Origin: a virus | Taxonomy: Duplodnaviria > Caudoviricetes | Reading direction: 5' to 3' (one strand) | Length of the DNA stretch: 28,647 nucleotides | Virus record (IMG/VR): IMGVR_UViG_3300015050_000677 | Span: 1-28,647 of that record | Shown: positions 15,848-24,720 of the stretch, in pieces | How positions within the stretch are numbered: the stretch's first letter is position 1 | How the letters are laid out: each line of letters starts with the position of its first letter | Notes under the pieces: generated by a model | The model's database searches: none | Told to the model about the DNA's origin: nothing | Seen by the model: the letters and a program-made list of their open reading frames with translations, nothing else | Translations under genes and position numbers: made by a program

Positions 15848-16212
15848 TGGCCTATAGAGACTACATCCTTTGCAAAACCTGTGGCTGCAAGATCGTCTAT
15901 GACGGCGACGACAACGGCAGGAACATGCTGGAAACGTACTGGGGCAAGCCATTCGCGCCGGATTGGACGGTGGGCTTGTTGTGCCCTGACTGCATCGCAC
16001 AGATGGAGGCCGAGCGCGATGCGCTGCGGGCGGAGAACGATGCTCTGAAGAAGCAGCCAGCGCGGGTTTCCTTGCTTCGTAAGCCGGTCAAACACATCAG
16101 CGAACTCGGGCCGTGCCACTGCCCGCCAGATGTGTGTTCAGCACCTGTGATTATGGGCGTTCAGACACCGTGCCTGCGGCACGCCGCGCTGAAGGAGGTG
16201 GACCATGGGTGA
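15847..16212 (+). CDS. Hypothetical Cys-rich protein
   Basis: TAATG coupling; CKTC...CPDC then AERDALRA, second Cys cluster, AALKE. Confidence 0.7.
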   Translation: MAYRDYILCKTCGCKIVYDGDDNGRNMLETYWGKPFAPDWTVGLLCPDCIAQMEAERDALRAENDALKKQPARVSLLRKPVKHISELGPCHCPPDVCSAPVIMGVQTPCLRHAALKEVDHG

Positions 16213-16465
16213 CCAACCCGAAGCACTGCGGCTGGCGGAATACATGGATGCGCCCCTCAGTGACCCTAAAGACGTTGCTGACGCTGCCGCCGCCGAACTG
16301 CGCCGCCTGCATGCCGAGTGCGAGTCGCTGCGGGCGGATGCAGAGCGGTATCAGTGGCTGCGGGACCCGGCAAACGCATATCGTGATGAGTGGAATTATT
16401 TTGGACCCTACAGCAGCGAGGCAGAAATAGATGCCGTCATCGACGCCGCACGGGAGGCGAAATGA
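16205..16465 (+). CDS. Hypothetical protein (Ead/Ea22-like modules)
   Basis: AAGGAGG SD; QPEALRLAE...LRADAERYQWLR...IDAVIDAA. Confidence 0.7.
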   Translation: MGDQPEALRLAEYMDAPLSDPKDVADAAAAELRRLHAECESLRADAERYQWLRDPANAYRDEWNYFGPYSSEAEIDAVIDAAREAK

Positions 16466-16698
16466 TCACCATCGAGCAGGTTATCGAGCAGGTCGCGCGG
16501 GAGTGCGAGGAGATGGGCCGCGCTTACGCCGTCCGCACGCTCAAGGCGCAGTACGAGGGGTGCATCGTAGCGGACTCAGAGGCTATCGGATCGGCGCATT
16601 TGTTCAGAGGTCATCTGGTGAACTGCGACGTTGACGCAAATCATTTGCCGCTTAACGGGAAGTCAATCCAACTCTACCGCGCACGGGAGGCGAAATGA
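16462..16698 (+). CDS. Hypothetical protein, paralog of 14572..14817
   Basis: GGGAGG SD, ATGA overlaps. Confidence 0.7.
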   Translation: MITIEQVIEQVARECEEMGRAYAVRTLKAQYEGCIVADSEAIGSAHLFRGHLVNCDVDANHLPLNGKSIQLYRAREAK

Positions 16699-16889
16699 GG
16701 CTCACGATCTTGATTGCCGCAGCCCTGCTCGCAGGGTGCGGAAAGATTGGCGATGTGTTCAAGACAGGCGTAGACGGCTATGCCATGCGTTGCATCGACG
16801 GGACGCAGTACATCCTGATGAGCAGTGAACACGGCCTCGCCATCACAACGCACCTTGGAACGGATGGAAAACCGAAGGGGTGTAAATGA
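16695..16889 (+). CDS. Small lipoprotein
   Basis: Signal peptide MRLTILIAAAL with lipobox LAGC. Confidence 0.75.
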   Translation: MRLTILIAAALLAGCGKIGDVFKTGVDGYAMRCIDGTQYILMSSEHGLAITTHLGTDGKPKGCK

Positions 16890-17125
16890 CCCGCGACGAG
16901 ATCATCAAGATGGCGGAAAGTTGCTCTGCGCCCGAATGGTGGGAGGGGAGGCAGGATGCGTGGCATATGGGGCTTGATCTTGAACGCTTCGCCGCCCTCG
17001 TTGCCGCAGCCGAGCGGGAGGCGTGCAAAGACGCGTGTACGCGCTATGTTAATTCGACCAATGACGCGGTGGCGCTTACTGCTCTGAACATCCTTGACGC
17101 CATCCGAGCAAGGGACGCGAAATGA
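16886..17125 (+). CDS. Conserved phage hypothetical protein
   Basis: MTRDEIIKMA...LERFAALVAAAEREAC...DAIRAR. Confidence 0.75.
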   Translation: MTRDEIIKMAESCSAPEWWEGRQDAWHMGLDLERFAALVAAAEREACKDACTRYVNSTNDAVALTALNILDAIRARDAK

Positions 17126-17250
17126 CCCGCCTCTCTTGGCACCTCGAATCGTTCGCGTGGTGGCTGCTGCTGACCGGCATGCTGGTCGTGTACTGCGTCG
17201 TCGTCACGGTTGGAACGATTGCTGGACTACTCAGGGGGAAGGGACGATGA
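17122..17250 (+). CDS. Small membrane protein (42 aa)
   Basis: ATGA coupled at both ends; FAWWLLLTGMLVVYCVVVTVGTIAGLL hydrophobic stretch. Confidence 0.6.
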   Translation: MTRLSWHLESFAWWLLLTGMLVVYCVVVTVGTIAGLLRGKGR

Positions 17251-17603
17251 GCGACCGTGAACTGCTGGAGTTGGCTGCGAAGGCGGCGGGGCATCGAATC
17301 GTCGAATGGGCGCAGGACGGCAATGGGGTAGACGTTGCCATCATCTTTGGCGGCGAGGGCTGGGGCCGCGAGAGGCCATGGCAACCGCTGCTCGAAAATC
17401 AGATGACCGATGCAGGCGGCGATGCGCTGCGGCTGGCGGTGAAGTTGCGGATTGACGTAAATCACGGCGGCACGCTTGTTGTCGCGGAACAAGTGAAGCC
17501 TCACGACACCGGCTGCGCAGAGCCGCGTGGTGCAGACCCCTACGCTGCCACCCGCCGTGCCATTACCCGCGTTGCGGCTGAGATTGGGAGGAGCATGTCA
17601 TGA
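17247..17603 (+). CDS. NinX-like hypothetical protein
   Basis: DRELLELAAKAAG...WQPL...GDALRLAVKL...DPYAATRRAITRVAAEIG. Confidence 0.65.
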   Translation: MSDRELLELAAKAAGHRIVEWAQDGNGVDVAIIFGGEGWGRERPWQPLLENQMTDAGGDALRLAVKLRIDVNHGGTLVVAEQVKPHDTGCAEPRGADPYAATRRAITRVAAEIGRSMS

Positions 17604-17890
17604 CGTGCTACTCAATCCACTTGAAGGGCGGAGGCCGTGGCGTGCTTTGCGGAGACTTAGGCCCGCACTGCTCTGACTCACGCTGCGCCGATGTCAGCGA
17701 AAACCTGTGCGATTTCCCGGTGAGCGACGGCAAGACGTGCGATGCGCCGCTGTGTCACGCGCACTCGTTTGAGGTTGCCCCGAATCTGCACTATTGCCCC
17801 GGCCACGCACTGATGTGGCGCGAGTTCAGGGAAAGCGGCGGGGTAAAGCGAGAGCTTGAAAACGTTGTGCCGTACAAGGAGACAAAATGA
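17600..17890 (+). CDS. Cys/His-rich hypothetical protein
   Basis: LCDFPVSDGKTCDAPLCHAH...HYCPGH. Confidence 0.7.
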   Translation: MTCYSIHLKGGGRGVLCGDLGPHCSDSRCADVSENLCDFPVSDGKTCDAPLCHAHSFEVAPNLHYCPGHALMWREFRESGGVKRELENVVPYKETK

Positions 17891-18102
17891 ACAACCAAAA
17901 AGTAATCGCACTTCCGGCCAGCGTGAACTATACGCCAGAGCAAGCGCTTCAGTCGGCTGTGCAATTCTCGGCCCTGCAAGATGTCCTGATCGTCGGCTAT
18001 GACGCCGATGGCTGTCTGCTGGTCAGGTCGTCCAAGATGACCCGCGCCGAGGCGCTGTTCCTGCTTGAGAAGGCTAAACAATGGGCAATGGAGGAGCAAT
18101 GA
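17887..18102 (+). CDS. Hypothetical protein
   Basis: AAGGAG SD; DVLIVGYDADG...AEALFLLEKAK. Confidence 0.7.
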   Translation: MNNQKVIALPASVNYTPEQALQSAVQFSALQDVLIVGYDADGCLLVRSSKMTRAEALFLLEKAKQWAMEEQ

Positions 18103-18185
18103 CTCCACTTGAACGCATCGCCAGAGCCGTGATCGCGGCGTGTCTGGCAAGCTTTGTTTTGATGATCGTCTGGAGCCTGCTATGA
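18099..18185 (+). CDS. Small membrane peptide (28 aa)
   Basis: GGAGGAG SD, ATGA overlaps; MTPLERIARAVIAACLASFVLMIVWSLL. Confidence 0.55.
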   Translation: MTPLERIARAVIAACLASFVLMIVWSLL

Positions 18186-18301
18186 GGCGCATACTCGCAG
18201 CACTCGCGCTGGCCTTCACCCTCACCGGCTGCGCCACAATCCAGAAGGTCGCCAACGTGGCCGCCTGCGCGCCTGGAGTTTGGAATGCGACCCTGCTCTA
18301 A
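18182..18301 (+). CDS. Very small lipoprotein (39 aa)
   Basis: MRRILAALALAFTLTGC lipobox; stop overlaps the convergent holin stop. Confidence 0.6.
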   Translation: MRRILAALALAFTLTGCATIQKVANVAACAPGVWNATLL

Positions 18302-18702
18302 CCTGCCGCCACGCCCTTGACCTTCTCGGCCGTCCGCAGCCCTGACAGCCCGAGCATGCCCGCGAGCAGCACCATAAGCGCCTCCACGTCGATGGCGGGC
18401 GGAACAGGCCACCCTTGCACCAGCGCGAGCCACGACAGCAGCGGCTGCGCCAGGAACGTGTACGCCAGGCCAACGACGCAGACCCAGCCCGCACCCGGTC
18501 GCCATCCGCCGATGTAGCGGTCGCCCGTGCCTGCCTCGATCTTGTTGACTTCGATCTGCGCGAGGTTGTCGGCCTGCGCCATTTGCATCAGCTCGAGCTG
18601 CGCCCGGCTGCGCTCTGCGGCCTGCGCGACAGGATCGGGGAACATGCGGTCGATGAGTGCGCGGCCGGCTTCCAGCAGTGGCGGGATCAGCAATGGATTC
18701 AT
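18298..18702 (-). CDS. Holin (GTA 3TM-type)
   Basis: LIDRMFPDP...AQIEVNKIEA...GWRPGAGWVC...GMLGLSGLRTAEKVKG. Confidence 0.8.
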   Translation of the reverse strand: MNPLLIPPLLEAGRALIDRMFPDPVAQAAERSRAQLELMQMAQADNLAQIEVNKIEAGTGDRYIGGWRPGAGWVCVVGLAYTFLAQPLLSWLALVQGWPVPPAIDVEALMVLLAGMLGLSGLRTAEKVKGVAAG

Positions 18703-18704
18703 GG

Positions 18705-19091
18705 TCAGTACTCGAAGGTGATCTGCGGCATGCCGATATCGACGCGCCGGTCGAGGTGCAGAAAGACTCTGTTCCAGCCGACCGACCAGCCGAGTCGCCA
18801 GGCCGCGGCAAACAGGTCGCCTTTGTCCATGCCGCCGATGGCGACGTCCAGCGCCATCGCGCCGCAGTGCCCCGGCCGCGTCTCACGGTCGCCGATATGC
18901 AGGCTCCTGAGCGGCGCCAGAGGCGATACGCGCGCATTGTGAGTCGAGCACCTGCAGGCGGACGTGATCCGCATGGGACGCCCGTATGCGCGCCGAAGCA
19001 GCTCAAGATGGTCAAGGAACCCGGTTTGAAACTCCGCCAGCCTGCAGCCGCACCGGCACTCAAGCTCGGACCTCTGGAAGTGCGGCGTCAT
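18705..19091 (-). CDS. Endolysin, peptidase M15 family
   Basis: HFQRSELECRCGC, ITSACRCSTHN, SLH...ALD, FLHLD zinc ligands. Confidence 0.85.
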   Translation of the reverse strand: MTPHFQRSELECRCGCRLAEFQTGFLDHLELLRRAYGRPMRITSACRCSTHNARVSPLAPLRSLHIGDRETRPGHCGAMALDVAIGGMDKGDLFAAAWRLGWSVGWNRVFLHLDRRVDIGMPQITFEY

Positions 19092-19092
19092 C

Positions 19093-19350
19093 TCAGCCGC
19101 TCTTTCCATTCCAGACTGCGATCGCGCCGCCGATGACGACGACGATGCCAGCGGCCCACTTCAGCACGTTGCCGACCAGACCGAGGATCGTGAAGAAGCC
19201 GCGCGCGTGGCCGATGATCTCGAAGATGCCCTCGGTCGTGGACGCCATCCGGTCTAGTTTGGCCTCCAGGCACTCGATCTTTGCTTCGAGTTCCTGCAGC
19301 CGGGAGTCGGCGGAGTTCTTTCGTCGGTCGATCATGGCTTCAGGTTCCAT
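19093..19350 (-). CDS. Holin-like membrane protein (coiled coil + C-terminal TM)
   Basis: Charged coiled-coil N-terminus, hydrophobic C-terminus, directly upstream of endolysin. Confidence 0.55.
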   Translation of the reverse strand: MEPEAMIDRRKNSADSRLQELEAKIECLEAKLDRMASTTEGIFEIIGHARGFFTILGLVGNVLKWAAGIVVVIGGAIAVWNGKSG

Positions 19351-19373
19351 TAGGCTTCCGTTCGTGGCTTGCT

Positions 19374-21116
19374 TTACTTGTCCGCTATTCGCGCTTCCAG
19401 TTCCGCGACCCGCGCCGACAACTCTTGCACAGCGCGAATCAGGATCGGCAGCAGCTTGCCGGGGGTTGCCTCCAGCCGATCCGGGTTTGTCTCATCGACG
19501 AGGCCGACCCATTCGGCGCCGGCCGCCTGCGCCGCGTTACGCAACTCCTGCGCGATGAATCCCGCCTCGGGCACGCCGACCTTCGCGCCGTCTCGTGCGT
19601 TCCAGGTGAATCGCACCGGGCGCAAGGTGTTGATGAACTCCAGCCCGAGCGCGAGGTCTTGAATGTCCGTCTTGTCGCGGGCATCCGAGAGCGCGGTGAT
19701 CGTGGTCACCTGACAGCGCAGCGCCGATACCGAGGCATTGCCGAGCGTGATCTGGTTGCTGGCCGTGCAGGTCGCGCCGTTGCCGATCGAGGTCTGGTTG
19801 TCGCCAGCGGCAATGCCGTCGGCTGCGTACCCGATGATCGTGTTGCTGCCGCCCGACGTGATCGTGGCGGCAGACTGTGACCCGAGAACGGTGTTGTTCG
19901 AGCCGTTCGACACGTTTAGCCCGGCCTGATACCCGACTAACGTCTGCCCGTTTCCGGTTGCGCTCGTTCCAGCCTGATGCCCGACCGCAGTGCAGTTGGT
20001 GCCGCTCGTCAGCGCATCGAGGGACGAGGTGCCGACTGCGACGTTGTTGCTGCCGGTGGCGAGTTGCAGCGCACCCACGCCCACGCCGACGTTGCTGCCG
20101 CCGCTTATGACGTTGGTCAGCGCGTCTCGCCCGAGCGCCACGTTGTTGTTGCCGGTCGTAAGCGACACCAGCGCGTCGCGCCCGAATGCCTGATTGTCGA
20201 GGCCGCTGGTCAGGCTGAACAGCGCCCGGTAGCCGACTGCGGTGTTGTCGTTTCCGGTCGTCGTTGCCGCTGCGTTGCCGAGCGCCTTGAAGCCCCACGC
20301 AGTGTTCCCCGCGCCGGTCGTGACCTTCGACCCGGCGGCGTATCCGCCGACGGTGTTGCCGCTGCCAGTCGAGGCGAACAGCGCATCGACGCCGATGGCG
20401 ACGTTCTCGAATCCGCTGACGTTAGTGAACAGCGCCGTGGTGCCGACCGCCACGTTGCGATAGCCCGAGGTGTTGCTGTAGAGCGCCTTCGGGGCGATGC
20501 CGGTGTTGTTGAACCCATCGACGTTGTTGATGAGTGGTTCATAGCCGACTGCGGTGTTGTCGTAGCCGGTCGTGGTAGACCGGAGCGCGCCCGACCCGAC
20601 TGCGGTGTTGCCGTATGGCGTGGTCGCGCTCAGGAGCGCGTCGATTCCCACGGCGGTATTGAAGTGCCCGGTGTTGCTGCCCGCATCAACCAGCAGGCGC
20701 AGCCCGTTGCCGTAGGCGAGCGAGTCCTCGAAGATGGTCTGGTCGGGCTTGTAGACGACCGACTCGACCAGCGTCACAGTGTCCTGCACGGTGCCGCCCG
20801 ACGCCTTGCTCACGTCCACTGCAGCAAGATCGTTGCCCTGGAGCGACGAGTAGACCGCGGTGCCGTTCTTGTTTTGCACCAGTATCGAATACTGATCGGC
20901 AACATAGAGCCGCGCCGGGGTCCCGGCGTTGACTATGTACCCGCCCTGCGTCCGCACCGGCTGCGCGGCTGGCTGCGTGAGCGCCTCGTCCCAGTAGACC
21001 GGCTCCGGGTTGGTCTGCGGCGGCAGGTTCTCGACGCCGATCCAGATGTAGCCCGCTTCGAGCGGCTGGCCGTCGAGGTCGGTGAAGATCGGGAAGGGCG
21101 GGGTGATTGCGCTCAT
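19374..21116 (-). CDS. Tailspike/tail fibre: P22-type head-binding domain, NTAVG repeats, S74-type chaperone
   Basis: N-term PFPIFTDLDGQPLEAGYIWIG..AAQPVRT; many ~14-aa NTAVGxxAL repeats; C-term SDARDKTDI...GFIAQEL + coiled coil. Confidence 0.85.
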   Translation of the reverse strand: MSAITPPFPIFTDLDGQPLEAGYIWIGVENLPPQTNPEPVYWDEALTQPAAQPVRTQGGYIVNAGTPARLYVADQYSILVQNKNGTAVYSSLQGNDLAAVDVSKASGGTVQDTVTLVESVVYKPDQTIFEDSLAYGNGLRLLVDAGSNTGHFNTAVGIDALLSATTPYGNTAVGSGALRSTTTGYDNTAVGYEPLINNVDGFNNTGIAPKALYSNTSGYRNVAVGTTALFTNVSGFENVAIGVDALFASTGSGNTVGGYAAGSKVTTGAGNTAWGFKALGNAAATTTGNDNTAVGYRALFSLTSGLDNQAFGRDALVSLTTGNNNVALGRDALTNVISGGSNVGVGVGALQLATGSNNVAVGTSSLDALTSGTNCTAVGHQAGTSATGNGQTLVGYQAGLNVSNGSNNTVLGSQSAATITSGGSNTIIGYAADGIAAGDNQTSIGNGATCTASNQITLGNASVSALRCQVTTITALSDARDKTDIQDLALGLEFINTLRPVRFTWNARDGAKVGVPEAGFIAQELRNAAQAAGAEWVGLVDETNPDRLEATPGKLLPILIRAVQELSARVAELEARIADK

Positions 21117-23155
21117 GGGGTGGCTCCTGTGGATTGTCTCGCCGGCCCCGCGCCTTCAGGCCGATAGTTGAGCGCCTGCGTGATTCGCTCGCGCGTCCGG
21201 CGGTCCTTGATGTTGTCGCGTAGCATCTTCGCGCCTTGGATGATCGGCAGCGGCACGCCGAAGGCTGCGCCCTGCGCTGCCGACTCCGCCATCAGCGCGA
21301 TGATCGTCCTGGCCGTGCCCGAGTTGTTGATCGAGGTAAGCGGCGGCGTCGATTGGATGTACTTCAGCACCTGATTGAGCGTGCGGATCTGCTCTGCTGC
21401 GGCCTTGCCCATCACCAGATCGAGCTTTCCGTTCTGGTCGAACGCACGCAGCGCCCGGTCGAGCTTCGCGCCGGAGATGACCGGCAGATTGTCGGCACCG
21501 ATGCCCGACTCGGCTTGGGCGAGCAGGTGCCGCACCGTCGCGCCTTGAAGCTCGCTCCACGCCTGCTTGCCCTCTTCGTCCGGGATCGTGGACAGCACTC
21601 GCTTGATGTGCGTGATCTCGCTGGGGCGCGCGCCGAGGATCGTCTTCTGGAACACGTCTTCGACCGGCGTCTGCGCGTCGTCCACGCCCTTCTTCTGCAG
21701 CAGCAGCCGAGCGACGATGGCGCGGTTCTCGTACTTCTGCGCCTGGCGCTGCCGCTGCGCCCGCATGGCGCGCGTCATCTCGCCGCCGATGGGGTTGCCG
21801 ATGGCGTCGATGGTGCGCTTGAGTTCGACGGCCAAGCGCTTGTCGTTTGCGTTCCCGGCACTGATCGCGCTGACTGACTGCCGGAACTCCTCCAGCCCGC
21901 CGAGCGTAGTCCCGACGCCGGGAACGAGCGCCCCGTCCGGCCCTTCGGCGGCAATGCCGAGCGCCACGGCATTCTGGCGCGCGGTGTCGGGCACTCCTGT
22001 GATGCCGGACACGCCGCGCGGCTGGCTGTTGAGATAGGCCACGATCGGCGCGACATCGACCGGAGCCTGCGCCTCGGGCGACTTGCGGAACTTCGTGTAG
22101 AGCGCGTCCGTCTTCGCCTTCTCGCCGCGCCAGCCCGACATCAGCGTGTCAACCACGCGAATGCCCGTGCCCGCAAGGTCGCCCGTCTCCGCGCCGGTCG
22201 AATCCAGCACCTGTTCAAGGTTCCGCAGCGCGGCCTGATTGTTCTCCTGCTGCCGCTGAAGGTACGGACCCTGTATCCCCGGCGTCTTCGCCTGCTCTTT
22301 CTCCACCGCCAGTAGTTCCGGGTCGCGCTTCATCTCGCCCTCGGACAGCCGAAGCCCGGCCATCTCGGCCTCGGTGAACCGCTGAAGCTCGAGCGGAGTC
22401 GCAGCCGCGCCGGTCGATGCCCGGCCAGCCGTGGCTGCAGTCGCTGCTGGCCTTGCCGCCTCACCGATGCCCACAGCGCTCTGTATAGCGCGCGTTGCGC
22501 GCACCGGAGCCTGCGCGACAGCCTGCACTACAGGAGCGGCCGCCGTCGCCGCCTGAGCTGCCATAGGAGCCGCCTGGCGCACGCCTGATAGCACTGCGCC
22601 CGGTGCGCCGATGATGGGCAGGACGGGCGGCAGGGCTTCGCCGAGGAACTGCCCGGCCTCCTGCGTCATCTCGCGTCCGGCGGCGGTGCGCGGAGCATAG
22701 GTCAGCGCCTGAGCGCCCTGCTGCGCGGTCTGGAAGACCCGGCGCATCGAGGCCATCGCCTCCGGTTGATTCGCTCGCGCCCGATCTCCCATCGACATCG
22801 GAGCGCCGCGCTGCGCGGCTGCGTCGATAAGTTGATTCGCCTCTCTGGTGCCGGATCGGCCGGAGAGAATGTCTCGCGCGATCTCGCGCCCCATGCCGAC
22901 GACGGTGCCGCCGACGAAGCCGACTGCGCCGGTCGTGGCACCGGTGCCGAGCGCCAGGGCGGTCTCGGCTGCGCCTAGAGCCTGCTGGCCGAGGGATGGC
23001 GGCGGTGGCGGCGCGGGCGGTCGAGCGCGCTCCTGAGCGCCGCGCTCTTCAGCCTTCGCCTGTTCGTATGCGATCGCAACCGTGTCGAACTCCGGCGTGC
23101 CGCGGCGAGCCGAGTTCGATACCAGCCACGCCGCGTACTCGTCGGCCGTCGCCAT
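21113..23155 (-). CDS. DNA ejection protein (P22 gp16 position)
   Basis: 680-aa Ala/Gly-rich helical protein, third of three between tail hub and tailspike; ends INNSGTA motif region. Confidence 0.65.
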   Translation of the reverse strand: MATADEYAAWLVSNSARRGTPEFDTVAIAYEQAKAEERGAQERARPPAPPPPPSLGQQALGAAETALALGTGATTGAVGFVGGTVVGMGREIARDILSGRSGTREANQLIDAAAQRGAPMSMGDRARANQPEAMASMRRVFQTAQQGAQALTYAPRTAAGREMTQEAGQFLGEALPPVLPIIGAPGAVLSGVRQAAPMAAQAATAAAPVVQAVAQAPVRATRAIQSAVGIGEAARPAATAATAGRASTGAAATPLELQRFTEAEMAGLRLSEGEMKRDPELLAVEKEQAKTPGIQGPYLQRQQENNQAALRNLEQVLDSTGAETGDLAGTGIRVVDTLMSGWRGEKAKTDALYTKFRKSPEAQAPVDVAPIVAYLNSQPRGVSGITGVPDTARQNAVALGIAAEGPDGALVPGVGTTLGGLEEFRQSVSAISAGNANDKRLAVELKRTIDAIGNPIGGEMTRAMRAQRQRQAQKYENRAIVARLLLQKKGVDDAQTPVEDVFQKTILGARPSEITHIKRVLSTIPDEEGKQAWSELQGATVRHLLAQAESGIGADNLPVISGAKLDRALRAFDQNGKLDLVMGKAAAEQIRTLNQVLKYIQSTPPLTSINNSGTARTIIALMAESAAQGAAFGVPLPIIQGAKMLRDNIKDRRTRERITQALNYRPEGAGPARQSTGATP

Positions 23156-24720
23156 CAGCGACCGCCTCGAAGGATCGCGTCAGCCTGCTCCCGCACGCTG
23201 GGTCCTGCGGCCGGCCCGCCTCTGGCGCCCTGCTGCGCGGCCATCGCCGCAGCGCCTTGGCCGGGGCTTTGCTCGATAGCGGCGGCCGTGGTTCCTGGCG
23301 CAGGCTTTGCGAGGTCGGCGGCGACCCGGGCGGTGAAGTCCGCATACGATTCGCCCTGCCGCGCCGCGAAGTCTCCAGCTTGGAAGGTTGCGCCGGCGCG
23401 ACCGAGCGAGCCGCGATTGTTCGCCAGCCAGTCCGCGCGGGCCGCTTCCGTTGCCCCGACGAGCTGCTGCATCTTCGCCATGCCGGTCAGGAACGAACTG
23501 ATGACAGCCGGATTCGCGGTCGCTGGCGGAAATCCGCTCAGGGCCAGTTCGATGTCTCGGTCGGTGGCCGGGCCTGGCGGCAGGCTCTTGATGGCGGCAT
23601 TGTTCCGGAGCCGCGTGTACTCCTGCCGCAGTTCCGTCACAGCGCCCTGAGAGCCGGTGCTTTTTTTCAGCCACTCGGAGGCAGAGCCAAACGATCCCCA
23701 CGCGGTGCCGATGCTCCTGATGTTGCCCGCCAGAGACTCCAGCCGCAGCGCTTCCTGCCGGGCGGCGGCTGCCCCGACTGCCGCCTCGTTGATGCCCTTC
23801 TGCGCGAACTCCGGTACGTTCGGGACATTGCTTGCGCGCCCTGCGATCCCGGCAGCTTCTTCGGCGAGCTTTTGCTTGTCCAGCCGCAAGCGTTCCGCCC
23901 GGTCGGAGATCTGGGAGTTCAGGTTGCGGATGTTCGCCTGCGTCTGCTGCACGCCCAGCTGGGCGGTGATGCGCGCGACTGCGGCCTGCTCGGACGCGGT
24001 CACCGCATCGGCCTGCGTCTTGGTCAAGTTGGCTCGAGCAACGGCAGGCGCGTACTCGGCAGTCACGCCAGCGGTCTTCGCCTCCGCTTCAGCCTTCGCG
24101 AGGTCCGGGACGGCCCTTGCGGCCGCGCGCCCTTCGGCGCGAACCCTGCCAATCGACTCCAGCACCGCGCCGCCACCGGGCAGCGTGGCGAGAATGTTGC
24201 CCACCACGACGCGCAGCGCATCGGGGCTGGTTTCCGCGATTTTCGCCCACGTTTCGTATGCGCGCGCCTGGTCTTCTCGGCCCGAGTTGCGCTCTGCGGC
24301 AGCCCGCTCGGTGATGAGTTGCTGTGCGATGGTCGGATTGCCACTGACCAGCGCCGATTCGATCTGCCCCGCGAATCTCAGGTCGTTGCCCTGCTGCTCG
24401 GTCGAGCGCGCATTGAATGCGCCGATCAAGCCTTCGCGCTGGTCCTTGGGCATCAGCACCGCCAGCCGGTCGTAGTCAGCGCGCGTGGCGTTCGGGTTCT
24501 GGATCAGCGCGTCCACGGCAGCGGCCATCTGCCGCTGCCGCTCCTGCTCCGCCTGCGCCGCCAGCATCTGCTGCTCGCGCATCATCTGCTGCTGCTGCAG
24601 GCCCGCCCGCTGCTGGTCCAGCACGCCGAAGCGTGCGCCGGCCTGCATGGCCTCCAGCGCGCCGCCCAGAGGATTGGTCGCCCCGAAGCCGCTGGTGTAG
24701 TCGATGGGACCCTGTGCCAT
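23155..24720 (-). CDS. DNA ejection protein (P22 gp20 position)
   Basis: 521-aa Ala/Gln-rich, LPPGPATDRDI motif seen in gp20-like proteins. Confidence 0.7.
   Translation of the reverse strand: MAQGPIDYTSGFGATNPLGGALEAMQAGARFGVLDQQRAGLQQQQMMREQQMLAAQAEQERQRQMAAAVDALIQNPNATRADYDRLAVLMPKDQREGLIGAFNARSTEQQGNDLRFAGQIESALVSGNPTIAQQLITERAAAERNSGREDQARAYETWAKIAETSPDALRVVVGNILATLPGGGAVLESIGRVRAEGRAAARAVPDLAKAEAEAKTAGVTAEYAPAVARANLTKTQADAVTASEQAAVARITAQLGVQQTQANIRNLNSQISDRAERLRLDKQKLAEEAAGIAGRASNVPNVPEFAQKGINEAAVGAAAARQEALRLESLAGNIRSIGTAWGSFGSASEWLKKSTGSQGAVTELRQEYTRLRNNAAIKSLPPGPATDRDIELALSGFPPATANPAVISSFLTGMAKMQQLVGATEAARADWLANNRGSLGRAGATFQAGDFAARQGESYADFTARVAADLAKPAPGTTAAAIEQSPGQGAAAMAAQQGARGGPAAGPSVREQADAILRGGR

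Noticed and set aside
14558-17125. Integron cassette array or CRISPR-like repeat-spacer array
   Set aside because: Linkers are coding, irregularly spaced and not attC-like palindromes; no integrase or cas gene
19374-21116. Diversity-generating retroelement target in the AAC-rich tail gene
   Set aside because: No reverse transcriptase and no template/variable repeat pair differing at adenines; repeats are protein-level
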